DNA of 64,000 nt, from positions 448,001-512,000 of the forward strand of contig CAVSHF010000005.1 in assembly GCA_963727805.1 (NCBI GenBank), given 5' to 3'. Position 1 is the stretch's first letter; each line of letters starts with the position of its first letter. The notes beneath the pieces are model-generated. The model made no database searches and had not been told where the DNA came from. It saw only the letters and a program-made list of their open reading frames with translations. Below are positions 43,792 through 53,627 of this stretch, in pieces. Made by a program: the position numbers and the translations under genes. The DNA comes from an uncultured Nitrospiraceae bacterium (GTDB taxonomy: Bacteria; Nitrospirota; Thermodesulfovibrionia; Thermodesulfovibrionales; Dissulfurispiraceae).

Positions 43792-45081
43792 TCACCTCTT
43801 TAATTTAACGTGACACTGTGTGCATAATTCATTGATGGGAGAAGCATAAATCATGTACTTATGCTCGGTACCGTGAGCGCGGTGACAGCTCAGGCACTGC
43901 AGCGTAAGATTTTTGTTCCGAGGGTCTATTACCTTTTCACCGATCGGATGTGTCGAATGCTTCTGCCACTCATGACATGTACTGCACAAATCGATAACAT
44001 TCGGCTGTTTGAAAAAGTATGCATTGTCACTGGCATGGGGATCGTGACATGAGCTGCACATTCCGTCTTTTATCGGCGGATGCTTCGTCTGTGACCTGTC
44101 CTGACGCTCAATGCTATCGGCATGACAGGCGCCGCAAACTTGACGCATCGGAGCTTTTACAAGCTTGGGTTCGGCTGAAGCATGTGGATTGTGGCAGGTG
44201 AGACAGCTTTTTTTGGTCATTAGTGGCCAGTGTATCTTATTCTTGCTGAAAACATTGTTAAGCATAGAGACATGGCAATCCATGCATAACTGGGATCCCG
44301 ACTTCTTTGTCGCCAGCGGGTTCGGCGAGGTCGGATCTTGATGACATTGGCCGCACATCTTGGCTGCAACCGGTTTATGGACATTTTCAAAGAGAATGCC
44401 CGGCTTATTAGAGCCGTGCGGGTTGTGGCAGGTCGTGCAGCGAGCTTTCGCCACTGGGTAATTCATGTGCTGTTTGGCAAATATTGGCCTATTAGTAGTG
44501 TGGCATTTCAGACACAGTGACGGCACCTCATCTCTGAGGAGGAACTTCGCCTTTGTCGATGCGTGAGGGTCGTGGCAGCTCAGGCACCCCTTTTCCACCG
44601 GCGAGTGCTTGAACTTCACCTTCTGCACCGCTTCCCCCATTTCCTTATGGCAGCCGAAGCACAGCTCATTGCCTGCCTTCAACAGATTGAATTTGTTTTG
44701 GGATGAATGCGGATCATGACAGAGCACACAATTGTTTTCTACGACTACCTTATGAGAGCTTACGCTTTTTTCTGGGATCACTGTCTTATGACAGGTGCGG
44801 CAAATGGCGCTTTGGTCTGCAATAAGGAGCTTGCCGTGCTTTGAAGTATGTGGATTGTGACATCCGGTACATTCACCTGCTTTAACAGGGGTGTGAATAT
44901 AAGGATTTTTGAGCTTGTCCTGAAAGGCGACATGACAGTTCAGGCAGACCTTTCCCCTAGCCCCTATGTTCAGGTTAAACTTGTTGTCTGCTGAACTGGC
45001 AGGCGTTCCCACGGAGAGAACACAGACAATGAAAAGCAGAAGAGGCAATGTGATTTTCAAATATGAAACAGCTCCCTTCAT
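43792..45081 (-). CDS. 16-heme cytochrome c (paired CxxCHxxH repeats)
   Basis: Signal peptide; 16 CxxCH counted. Confidence 0.93.
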   Translation of the reverse strand: MKGAVSYLKITLPLLLFIVCVLSVGTPASSADNKFNLNIGARGKVCLNCHVAFQDKLKNPYIHTPVKAGECTGCHNPHTSKHGKLLIADQSAICRTCHKTVIPEKSVSSHKVVVENNCVLCHDPHSSQNKFNLLKAGNELCFGCHKEMGEAVQKVKFKHSPVEKGCLSCHDPHASTKAKFLLRDEVPSLCLKCHTTNRPIFAKQHMNYPVAKARCTTCHNPHGSNKPGILFENVHKPVAAKMCGQCHQDPTSPNPLATKKSGSQLCMDCHVSMLNNVFSKNKIHWPLMTKKSCLTCHNPHASAEPKLVKAPMRQVCGACHADSIERQDRSQTKHPPIKDGMCSSCHDPHASDNAYFFKQPNVIDLCSTCHEWQKHSTHPIGEKVIDPRNKNLTLQCLSCHRAHGTEHKYMIYASPINELCTQCHVKLKR

Positions 45082-47060
45082 TTCTTACCTCCCACCACGT
45101 GGCATTCTTCACATGTCCGAGCATCAAAGGGCGGATGAACAACTTCTTTGAAGAAGTGCGCATCCTTTGATGCATGGGGGTCATGACACGTCCTGCAGTC
45201 GATCACATCGGGATTAATACCGATGTGTGCTTTGCTGAAGGCCTCGTCTTTCAGATCGTGACATTGACTGCATATATCTTTAAGAGGTTGGACAAGCAGT
45301 GTCCGCTCGCCCGAATAATGAGGCTTGTGGCAGGTCAGACAATCGCTGGCGGCCGGCGGATGGGCCTTTTCCTTCTTCATTTTCTCACTCTTGTCCTTAT
45401 GGCAGGAGAAGCAGAGATCGGGACCTTCCGCCAGCAGAAGCTTATTCAGTTTCGACTTATGCGGGTTATGGCATTTTGTGCACTCACCCGATGCAAGAGG
45501 CTTGTGTTTGCTCACGCTCCCGTCAAGTCCTTTGCCGAGTTCAACATGACACGAAAGGCAGAGCTTATTCTGCTTATCAAGAAGCACCCCGGAAACATCG
45601 CTTGAATGCGAGCTATGGCAGGAAAAGCACATGCCACCTGCAAATGGGACGTGGTTTGAACCGCCTTTAACTTCTTTCATGAGCTCGGCGTGGCACTTTG
45701 CGCATAACTGCGCTCCGTCAGCCTTCAGCAGTTTCTCTGTTGCCGATCCGTGAGGGCTATGGCAGGCGGCACATTGCGCTTTCCGCACCGGATCATGCAT
45801 ATAAGTTTTTTGGAACCGCGTTTCAGCATCGATATGGCAGCTAAAGCAGACCTTGTCCATTCTGTCCTTCATCATGCCCTGCAGATTCGAACCATGCGGA
45901 TCATGACACGTGCTGCACTTTTGCTCGGCAAACGGCGGGTGAATGACCTTGCTCTTCAGCACCTCTTTCAACTTAATGTGGCAGGTCAGGCAGATCTCGC
46001 CATCCTTGACCTGCAGGAGCCGCGGATTTTTTGCAGCATGCGGTGCATGGCATGACAGGCAGCCCTTCCCACCTGTAACCGCGGAGTGGCTAAAGGCAGG
46101 TTTTTCACTTTTATCTTTATGACATATGAAACAAAGATTATTGCCGCCTTGCATGAGCAGCCTTGGATTTTCCGATGAGTGCGGATTATGGCATGATAGG
46201 CAGAGGCCTTTTTTGAACGGTGCATGATCAACCGTCCCACCTGCCCTTAAAGATGCTGAATCATGGCACATTTCGCACATAGTGCTACCCTTTTGTGTCA
46301 CCTCAAATGGCTTCTGTGACTGGGCCGCTACGTGGCATACATCACATGTCCCCGACGCAACAGGGTTATGCACACTCGTCTTCAGCAGTTTCGGCTGTTC
46401 CGATGCATGGGGATTATGGCAAACAGTGCACGATTTGGTTTCCACCGGATACTCCCCGTGCGCCTTCTTAAAAACTGCAGCGCTCTTGTCATGACAGGAA
46501 AGGCATAATGGGGTCTCCGGCTTTATAAGCAGATTTGTCTCGTCGGAGCTGTGTGAGAAATGACATGCCTTGCAGCCCTCTGTTTGCATCACTTTATGAA
46601 TAACTTTCTTTTCAAACATCTCCTTCTTATGACACTGGAAGCAGACATCATTGCCCGTCGCATTCAACAAATGGCTCGCTTGTGATGCATGGGGATTATG
46701 GCATTGCGTACATTTGCCCGACTTCAACACAGAATGGACATGAGGTTTAGATAGACCGAGCTTCTCTTTTGCGTGGCAGGTATAACAGAGCTCGTTGCCC
46801 GCTTTTTTAAGGACGTTCTTTGGCACCATTCCATGCCTTATGTGGCATTCTTCGCACTTTTTCTCTTTCACCACGGCATGAACGCTCTTCATCGAAAAGT
46901 ATTTTTCAGCAAACGTTGTATGGCAGTCCAGGCATTCTTTACGGGTAAATTTCCTCTCGGCAGCACTCCCAAACACTGCAAAAAGAATAACCATGCTGCA
47001 CAAGAGCCCTGCCACCACCGCTAATCCCTTCTTATGTCGTGCCAATGAGCTCCTCCTCAT
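45078..47060 (-). CDS. 26-heme cytochrome c
   Basis: 26 CxxCH counted; start MRRSS after gagggag RBS. Confidence 0.93.
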   Translation of the reverse strand: MRRSSLARHKKGLAVVAGLLCSMVILFAVFGSAAERKFTRKECLDCHTTFAEKYFSMKSVHAVVKEKKCEECHIRHGMVPKNVLKKAGNELCYTCHAKEKLGLSKPHVHSVLKSGKCTQCHNPHASQASHLLNATGNDVCFQCHKKEMFEKKVIHKVMQTEGCKACHFSHSSDETNLLIKPETPLCLSCHDKSAAVFKKAHGEYPVETKSCTVCHNPHASEQPKLLKTSVHNPVASGTCDVCHVAAQSQKPFEVTQKGSTMCEMCHDSASLRAGGTVDHAPFKKGLCLSCHNPHSSENPRLLMQGGNNLCFICHKDKSEKPAFSHSAVTGGKGCLSCHAPHAAKNPRLLQVKDGEICLTCHIKLKEVLKSKVIHPPFAEQKCSTCHDPHGSNLQGMMKDRMDKVCFSCHIDAETRFQKTYMHDPVRKAQCAACHSPHGSATEKLLKADGAQLCAKCHAELMKEVKGGSNHVPFAGGMCFSCHSSHSSDVSGVLLDKQNKLCLSCHVELGKGLDGSVSKHKPLASGECTKCHNPHKSKLNKLLLAEGPDLCFSCHKDKSEKMKKEKAHPPAASDCLTCHKPHYSGERTLLVQPLKDICSQCHDLKDEAFSKAHIGINPDVIDCRTCHDPHASKDAHFFKEVVHPPFDARTCEECHVVGGKK

Positions 47061-47402
47061 GTATTCTCCCTCAATTTGGATTTGAATATTGTCCATTCAT
47101 AACTCGGAACGTCGATTAAGTCTTTTGATAGCAGGAAATTGTTTATAACAGTGTTTCCCCAACTGTGCACTCTCAGGTTATCGCTCTGTTCATTGCATGC
47201 GCTGACGGGACTTTGGAGGATGATCGTTTCTGCACGTGAAAAGCGTAGATCAGAAGGTTTTGCAATTGCACTTGCAACCGACAAAAAAAGGACCTCGGAA
47301 CCGCAGCCTAAAAGTCTGCGACCTTTCGGGGAACCCTGTGCAGAAATGCCGATTTCTTCCCACATAAAATAATTCCTGTATGTAGTCTGTAACTACTATA
47401 TA

Positions 47403-49193
47403 TTACCCGGATTTGGAAAGGTAAATCTTTACGTCGCCAGCCGCTCTCAGCCTGGCCGCATATTCTTCCACAGAATCTTTAAGCTTCTTGTTGTATACCT
47501 TTTCCGCTATTTTCTGCTGAACCGCAGTCAGGGTTTCAGCCTTCGGAGGCACAATCTGCTTTACAATAAGTACATAAAAATAGCCCCCGGGACTCGCAAA
47601 GAGTCTCGCATCATCCGCTTTGGCCCCGCCCACAACCTTCTGTATCCCCTCCGGCAGGCTTTTAACAGTCAGGATATTCCCCTCAAACGAGAGCGAGTCC
47701 TTGGCATCTTTCTTCACCTGCCCTTCGGCATTGCTCAGCAGCCAATTATAGTCGGTGCCCTTTCTCAGTTTCTCCATGGCATTTTCAGCATCTTCTTTTT
47801 TTGTAAAAGCAAGACTGTTCAATCTAATCATCTCTGGAGAGGAGTATTCGTTTATATGTTCTTTGTAATACCCCTCAATCTCATCTTTACTTAATTTCAC
47901 GTCGGGGGCTACAACCTTTTCGACGAACGTGCCGAAAATAACAGAGTCTCTGTATTCTTTTATCAAGGTCTTGAATTCATCAGTCTTGTCCACACCCTGT
48001 CTGGCGGCTTCGCTGTCCAGAAGCGCTTTATCAAGCATGTTCCCGAGCACTTCATATTTCTTTTCATTGATTCGCTTCTCGGCAACGGCCTCTTGTATGC
48101 CATGAAAGAATGACTTCTTGATGGCGGCAGCCAAAATACCAACGGTGACAGGCTTCTCTCCCTGTATTACCGCGACAGTCCTCTTGTCCTTCGAGAGTTT
48201 TTCGAGGCCGGGTTTAGCGGCTTCAAAATCAAGGTTTTTGAGTAGCTGTTTGTTGACTTTCACATATTTCCTAATGAGCGCTGCCATGTACTGCCGAATC
48301 ATTTTGGCCTTCTGGTCGGCAAGCGACCGCTGCTCCGCTTTTGCCTTTGCCTCCGCATTGTCCACATAGCGAACATCTATCAGCTTGACCACCGAATATC
48401 CCGAATTATCCTTGCCAGCCATAATCCTGATGACAGGACTTACAGAACCTGTCTTCATCACCGCCACGGCATCAGCCACCTGCGGGAGGAGATATGCGGG
48501 CGCGATGAACTCTTCCTGCTCATTTCCCTTCGCTTTTTTATCTGCTACAGCCTTTGCAGCCAGTTCCTCAAAGTTCTTCCCGGCCTTGATATCTTCCAGC
48601 ATATTCTTCGCGTCTTCTTCCTGGAAGAATAGAACGGATCTGATCTTCCATTCCTTGATCATGTCTCTGTATAGTGCCTCAACCTCTTTAGGGTCCGCCC
48701 TGGCGTCTTTCGCAGCTCCTTGCAGGAGCAGTTCCCTGCGTAACTGTTTCTCATAAGCGCTGACCGTATCCGTCACTTCAGGCAGCTCGTCGATACCCAT
48801 CCCATGGGCTTCCTGGACAATCAGCCTTACGTTAATAAGGCGATCGAGTATTGAAGCATAATCCAGCTTCTGAGCTGCCGTCTGTTCGCTCCTCTCTTCA
48901 TGAGAAGCAATCAGCGCGTCCCTGACTTCCTTAAGTGTGATGCTCTCGTCGTTTACCTTTACCACGGGGACGTTGGAAAATATTGGTGAAAAAAGCGGCA
49001 CGCTGAGACCTATATTTACCTCACCAGGGCCGGACTTTGGAGCAGGCTTTGCCTCGGGACCAGCTGTCTCGGATGTTTGAACGTAGCTTTCTGCAGGCGC
49101 TTTCTTATCTTCTGCGTACGCCGGGATAGTGAAGTAAATGGGCAGCATGAGTGTACAGACAAACACAATGATCATTCTCATTATTTTCTCCAC
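47403..49193 (-). CDS. SurA/PrsA-like periplasmic chaperone with two parvulin-like repeats
   Basis: VKVNDESITL, ILDRLINVRLIVQEA, GKNFEELA, VSPVI, repeated architecture. Confidence 0.8.
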   Translation of the reverse strand: MEKIMRMIIVFVCTLMLPIYFTIPAYAEDKKAPAESYVQTSETAGPEAKPAPKSGPGEVNIGLSVPLFSPIFSNVPVVKVNDESITLKEVRDALIASHEERSEQTAAQKLDYASILDRLINVRLIVQEAHGMGIDELPEVTDTVSAYEKQLRRELLLQGAAKDARADPKEVEALYRDMIKEWKIRSVLFFQEEDAKNMLEDIKAGKNFEELAAKAVADKKAKGNEQEEFIAPAYLLPQVADAVAVMKTGSVSPVIRIMAGKDNSGYSVVKLIDVRYVDNAEAKAKAEQRSLADQKAKMIRQYMAALIRKYVKVNKQLLKNLDFEAAKPGLEKLSKDKRTVAVIQGEKPVTVGILAAAIKKSFFHGIQEAVAEKRINEKKYEVLGNMLDKALLDSEAARQGVDKTDEFKTLIKEYRDSVIFGTFVEKVVAPDVKLSKDEIEGYYKEHINEYSSPEMIRLNSLAFTKKEDAENAMEKLRKGTDYNWLLSNAEGQVKKDAKDSLSFEGNILTVKSLPEGIQKVVGGAKADDARLFASPGGYFYVLIVKQIVPPKAETLTAVQQKIAEKVYNKKLKDSVEEYAARLRAAGDVKIYLSKSG

Positions 49194-49491
49194 AGAATTC
49201 CTCCCCCGTATCCCTGTATTAATGATTCTTTACGATGGCAACAATGCAAGCATACCGTGCAATAGTCCCATTATAACTATTTATTACGCCATTTTCAATA
49301 GTCCAAATCTAATCAAAATCTATCAGAATCTGACAAACCCGGACATGCCTGCGGGTCGAGTGCTTTAGTTATGTTGTGGCGCGAATTTCGTGTGAGGAGA
49401 CCTCCAGTTCTGATGAAAACCGCCGGCTATCCAAGAATAAGCCATAGATTCCGAGGTCATTGCGCATTTATCCGTTAATGAATTATTCGGG

Positions 49492-50664
49492 TTATGATTC
49501 CATAGAAGACTGAGTGATGAAAAGATTTTTCTGCAGCATTCTCAAGATCCTCGTGGTGATTCTGGAAGTCAACTCGTGGGCAGTGTATACTTTGCCCCAG
49601 TCAAAGGCGTATATGTAGTCATCCCCTTCATTATGACTTCTCGATGCCCATATGATCCTTCCGCTTGTGAATATCCCGCCTGTCCTGTATATGACATCCA
49701 TCGAGAATTCCACCTTTGCTGCCTCTGCCGAACTTTGAGGATCCAGATATTCAAAATCGTTGCCGATCAGCACAAGGTCTGTGTCAAGGAGGCTGCAGAG
49801 AAGATCGATGTCGGAGATTGATATGCCTTCAGGCGTTACCAGTCTCATGTTCAAAAGGTTCTGCCGTACAATTCCGGGCTCGATAACCTCGAAGTCTCCG
49901 CTTTTCACAAGTTTTTCGACAAAATTCAATGCAATCAAGTCACCTGCGTTCCGTCGCATACTTCTATTTGTAAATGGGACCACGGCAATGCTATGTCGTT
50001 TGCCCTTATGAAGAACAGCCGATGAGAAGACGGCCCTGGGACTATATCCCCACCCGCCTTTATTCAAAGTTCCGGCTTTGCCGGAAAAATTATCCACGAT
50101 GGAGTCATAGAGCCGCCCAAACGCCTTTGCTACCAGTTTTTCAGGGTCTTCAATCAACCAGATGCCTAATATCCCCGGTGACTCATCGCCCGCAAGCGAG
50201 ACACTATCTATCCAGAGAATCGACACCTGTTCTCCGGTTGAAACAAGGCGGCTGAGCACAGCGATTTTCGGCGGCGCCTTCTCATCGTATAATTCGATAT
50301 CAGTGATAAGCACTGCACCGATGTCTAACTCAGACTTGAAGGCTTGTGCTGTCTCGATATCTATGCCGCCTGTATAACGCAGTCTGTGGGCCGCCATAAA
50401 CCGATTGAGAGTTGTATCATCCAAGATGGAAAATCCCAAAGACTTTAGATGATCAACTGCCGATTGCCGGAAGGCTTTGAGCGGAACCGCCTTTCCGCTC
50501 AGGTTTTGAAATGGCAGGACTGCTATTTTGAGCTGGCCGATATTAGATTGTTTCGGGAGCGCCTGTTGTCTTGAGCCTGTTGCACAACCGAACAGAATGA
50601 GCAGGCTCAGGCATACCGGAATAACAAAAAAATATCTATTTAAAAAGCTTATCGAGCAGATCAT
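49492..50664 (-). CDS. Lipoprotein with two PelC/CsgG/DUF799-like domains
   Basis: Lipobox LFGC; IAVLPFQNLS and IAVVPFTNRS repeats. Confidence 0.75.
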   Translation of the reverse strand: MICSISFLNRYFFVIPVCLSLLILFGCATGSRQQALPKQSNIGQLKIAVLPFQNLSGKAVPLKAFRQSAVDHLKSLGFSILDDTTLNRFMAAHRLRYTGGIDIETAQAFKSELDIGAVLITDIELYDEKAPPKIAVLSRLVSTGEQVSILWIDSVSLAGDESPGILGIWLIEDPEKLVAKAFGRLYDSIVDNFSGKAGTLNKGGWGYSPRAVFSSAVLHKGKRHSIAVVPFTNRSMRRNAGDLIALNFVEKLVKSGDFEVIEPGIVRQNLLNMRLVTPEGISISDIDLLCSLLDTDLVLIGNDFEYLDPQSSAEAAKVEFSMDVIYRTGGIFTSGRIIWASRSHNEGDDYIYAFDWGKVYTAHELTSRITTRILRMLQKNLFITQSSMES

Positions 50665-51226
50665 TCACTGCTTTTTCGGTCACATCGTTCATAGGGGTAC
50701 CGCCTCCACCAAGGAGCCTGTCTTTTAGTTTTATTCCTCCTTTTGTGGAAGATGCTGTCCATACCACCCTTCCTGTTTGACCATCGAGTATCTGTAGGCT
50801 CATCGAAATGACGTTTGCTTCTGCACTTCCCGAACGCATTTCGCCATATTCTCTTATTACACCGGTGACCACAGCATTCACTTTCAAGTTAGATGCCAAG
50901 CTAATCACTTCTTCAGTGGACGGTGCAACAGGATTGGCTATATTGATCCTTGAGAGAGCGCGGTAGACTTCCCCGGGCGGCAGCACGTAAACACTCCCCG
51001 TCTCCATCAGCATGGGAGTGAAAACGTCTCTAACTCTATCGCCGGCCATTGAGTCCCTTGAGAGATTTGCAAATGGCATCACAGCCACCGTCTGTATCGA
51101 GGTGAAGTCCATATTCTGGTCTCGCCAGACCTCGCCATGTCCGCCACATCCCGATAGGGCGCTCACAGCAACCAAAAGGATAATCAGTTTAAATATGAAT
51201 GTTTTCATGTACTTTACAGTCTCCAT
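50636..51226 (-). CDS. PelC/CsgG/DUF799-like outer-membrane lipoprotein
   Basis: Lipobox LSGC; VAVMPFANLS, VVTGVIREY, GRVVWTAS; start may be 51208. Confidence 0.8.
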   Translation of the reverse strand: METVKYMKTFIFKLIILLVAVSALSGCGGHGEVWRDQNMDFTSIQTVAVMPFANLSRDSMAGDRVRDVFTPMLMETGSVYVLPPGEVYRALSRINIANPVAPSTEEVISLASNLKVNAVVTGVIREYGEMRSGSAEANVISMSLQILDGQTGRVVWTASSTKGGIKLKDRLLGGGGTPMNDVTEKAVNDLLDKLFK

Positions 51227-51296
51227 TTAACCATTCTAACATTAATACCATCTTCCTTCAACTTCGTTGCAAATATTTCCAAATGCCCAGCAAATT

Positions 51297-53606
51297 TCAG
51301 AATGTAGCATGGAGTATCGCATTAAACGTGTCCTGGCTTGTGTGCTGGGTTAAGCTTGTTATGATGGACTGTGACTTAAAGGCCAGATATGAAATGGTCA
51401 GAAATGCATACCTGCTGATATTCCAGCGAATGCTTGGCGAGAGTAATGTATCCTTCGTACTGTTCAATGAGGACAGATTTTGATTGTAGCTGCAATTGAA
51501 CAGGAGTGTGCCATCGGGGAACGGCGACCAGTTTGCGCCGTAACTCGTAAGCGTTGTCTGCTGCACATTGACTCCGGAAAAGATACCGTATGACCCGAAA
51601 AGGCTCAACGTAGGGAAAGGAGTATAAGTGAATGATATGTCGCTTCGTGTGGATATCGTCTTGGAATCGGGTGCGCCTCCTCCCGTTGTATTGGAATTAG
51701 TCCACGAATAGTCAGCGTTTATAGTCAGAACCCTGTAGGGAACGAGACTGAGTGTGGAGGTCATAATTTCACTTTTGTTTTCTTGAAGTGTCGCCGAGGT
51801 GCTCCAGCTTGCCCCCCCTGAGATCGATGCATTCACCCCTTTATATAATTCGGCCAGATTGGTGAGGAATAGCGAGGATGTGTCATTCGGCTTACCTCCT
51901 AACTGTTCCTTCCTGTTGCTGAAGACAAGTGAGTCACTCAGCGTCCTGATGGGTACCGCAGTAAGGGATGCATTACTGATATATGCGACGCCGGTACCCT
52001 GCAAGCCGTAGCTATCCTCCCTTGCCACCCTAGCGTTTGTAGAAAATACCGGGTTGAACTTGTAAGCCCCGGACAGTCCATTGGTGATAATGTAGCTTTT
52101 CTGGCTCGGTTGCCCGACAGCGAAGCCTGAACCCGCATTCGACGTCTCTGAATAGAAGGCCGACATGTCGTAATAAAGAGTCGGGCTGTTGAGTATTCTC
52201 GTCCTCACGTTCAGGTTATAGGTCTGTGAAGTCGTGGTAGTCTTGAATTTCGCATTTTGCGAAGAAGTTGCCGTATCGAATGCCTGGATTTGGCTGATCA
52301 GGATGTTATTGACATCCACTCCCGGCACAGCAGCCGGCACAGGGAGAGGCCTTGTTACCACCTTGATGAACTGGGTTGTTACTTTTTGAAAGGTAATTCG
52401 AAACGTCCTATCTATCTGCGAGAATATAAAAGTCGCCGCCGGCTGGTAGAGGGTCCACTGCTGCGTGGCTGTGGGATTCACCCCTTGCCCGATATTGGGG
52501 TCGGAGCTTATATAGACATCCCAGGAATACGATGTGGCTATACTGCTGACATCCTGATTAACAGTGACAAAAATGGCATTGACTTCAGTGGGCGTAGCAA
52601 AGGCCACCCCCATATCACGAGGGTTGCTGTCGGCCGGGTTCGTCTGGGGAAATCCGATATTCAGCTTTCCCACATTTCCGATGAAATCGCCGCCGTTAAC
52701 AAGGAAAGGTGTGGACTTCATCGCATCATTGGCCGGCGTATGAGGCGGCAAATCCACGCCTAACGGTGAGTCGGCTGTCGAGTCGACAGCGTATAGACCC
52801 GAAACGGGAAACAGGCTGACTTGTATCTGGCTGCTGCCCCCGCCACTGGCAGCAGTTGTGTCCTGCTGGGAGATGTCCCCATCGGCGGTGAGCGACACGC
52901 GGTTGTTAAGAAAAGAATGCCAATAGATGAATCTGCCCTCATTGGCGATTTGCTTTGTATCTGTATTCTGCAGTTTGTCCTTTGAATCGTTGTAAGTAAA
53001 CTGATAATTCAGATCGAGGTTGCTTATGGGGGTAAATTTGGAGCCCACGATGAACCGGTCGCCGATTGTATCCTGAAGGGCACGCTGTGCGTCATATGTC
53101 TCTGTCCTCTGCCCCGTCAAATCCAACTCCGGCAGCCCCGCAGGCTTGAAGGTGAACAGCCCGCTGTAATTATTATTGATAATGGTCTGGGGTGCCGAGC
53201 CTGTGGAATTCGTCGTAATCTGGAGCCTGTTATAAGTGATCACCGCTGAATAAGGTGCGCTGTTTAGAGTAAGGGTGACATTCGGTTGCAAGGTCTTTGT
53301 CCTGGACGTTGTGTCGACGTTATCCGTGCTGGACTTTGTCAGATCATCCTGAAAAATACCATTCGCAGAAAGTATGAGGTTGGGAAAGAGTGTCTTCTTG
53401 AGCATAAGGGTATATTGCTGCAGGTAATCATCCGTGGTCGTGCTGGAAACTTTTCCATTTCCACTGTCGGTCTTCGATCGGGTATTAGAATAGTCCCATT
53501 CCGCATTAACACTTATATCGTCGGCACAGGCACTTCCGGGGAATGCTGCCGTATTTATGATAGCAACGGCAAGCAGAAATAAACAGAACAGCCATTGTCG
53601 TATCAT
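51297..53606 (-). CDS. Large outer-membrane beta-barrel with a central inserted domain
   Basis: Signal peptide, amphipathic beta-strand pattern at both ends, C-terminal ...LHATF. Confidence 0.75.
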   Translation of the reverse strand: MIRQWLFCLFLLAVAIINTAAFPGSACADDISVNAEWDYSNTRSKTDSGNGKVSSTTTDDYLQQYTLMLKKTLFPNLILSANGIFQDDLTKSSTDNVDTTSRTKTLQPNVTLTLNSAPYSAVITYNRLQITTNSTGSAPQTIINNNYSGLFTFKPAGLPELDLTGQRTETYDAQRALQDTIGDRFIVGSKFTPISNLDLNYQFTYNDSKDKLQNTDTKQIANEGRFIYWHSFLNNRVSLTADGDISQQDTTAASGGGSSQIQVSLFPVSGLYAVDSTADSPLGVDLPPHTPANDAMKSTPFLVNGGDFIGNVGKLNIGFPQTNPADSNPRDMGVAFATPTEVNAIFVTVNQDVSSIATSYSWDVYISSDPNIGQGVNPTATQQWTLYQPAATFIFSQIDRTFRITFQKVTTQFIKVVTRPLPVPAAVPGVDVNNILISQIQAFDTATSSQNAKFKTTTTSQTYNLNVRTRILNSPTLYYDMSAFYSETSNAGSGFAVGQPSQKSYIITNGLSGAYKFNPVFSTNARVAREDSYGLQGTGVAYISNASLTAVPIRTLSDSLVFSNRKEQLGGKPNDTSSLFLTNLAELYKGVNASISGGASWSTSATLQENKSEIMTSTLSLVPYRVLTINADYSWTNSNTTGGGAPDSKTISTRSDISFTYTPFPTLSLFGSYGIFSGVNVQQTTLTSYGANWSPFPDGTLLFNCSYNQNLSSLNSTKDTLLSPSIRWNISRYAFLTISYLAFKSQSIITSLTQHTSQDTFNAILHATF

Positions 53607-53627
53607 TACCGGCGACCGCCTCCTATC

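Noticed and set aside
47057..47365. 102-aa ORF or structured RNA between the chaperone and the 26-heme gene
   Set aside because: No recognisable protein features; the imperfect hairpin and T-run at ~47283-47337 is at most a weak terminator
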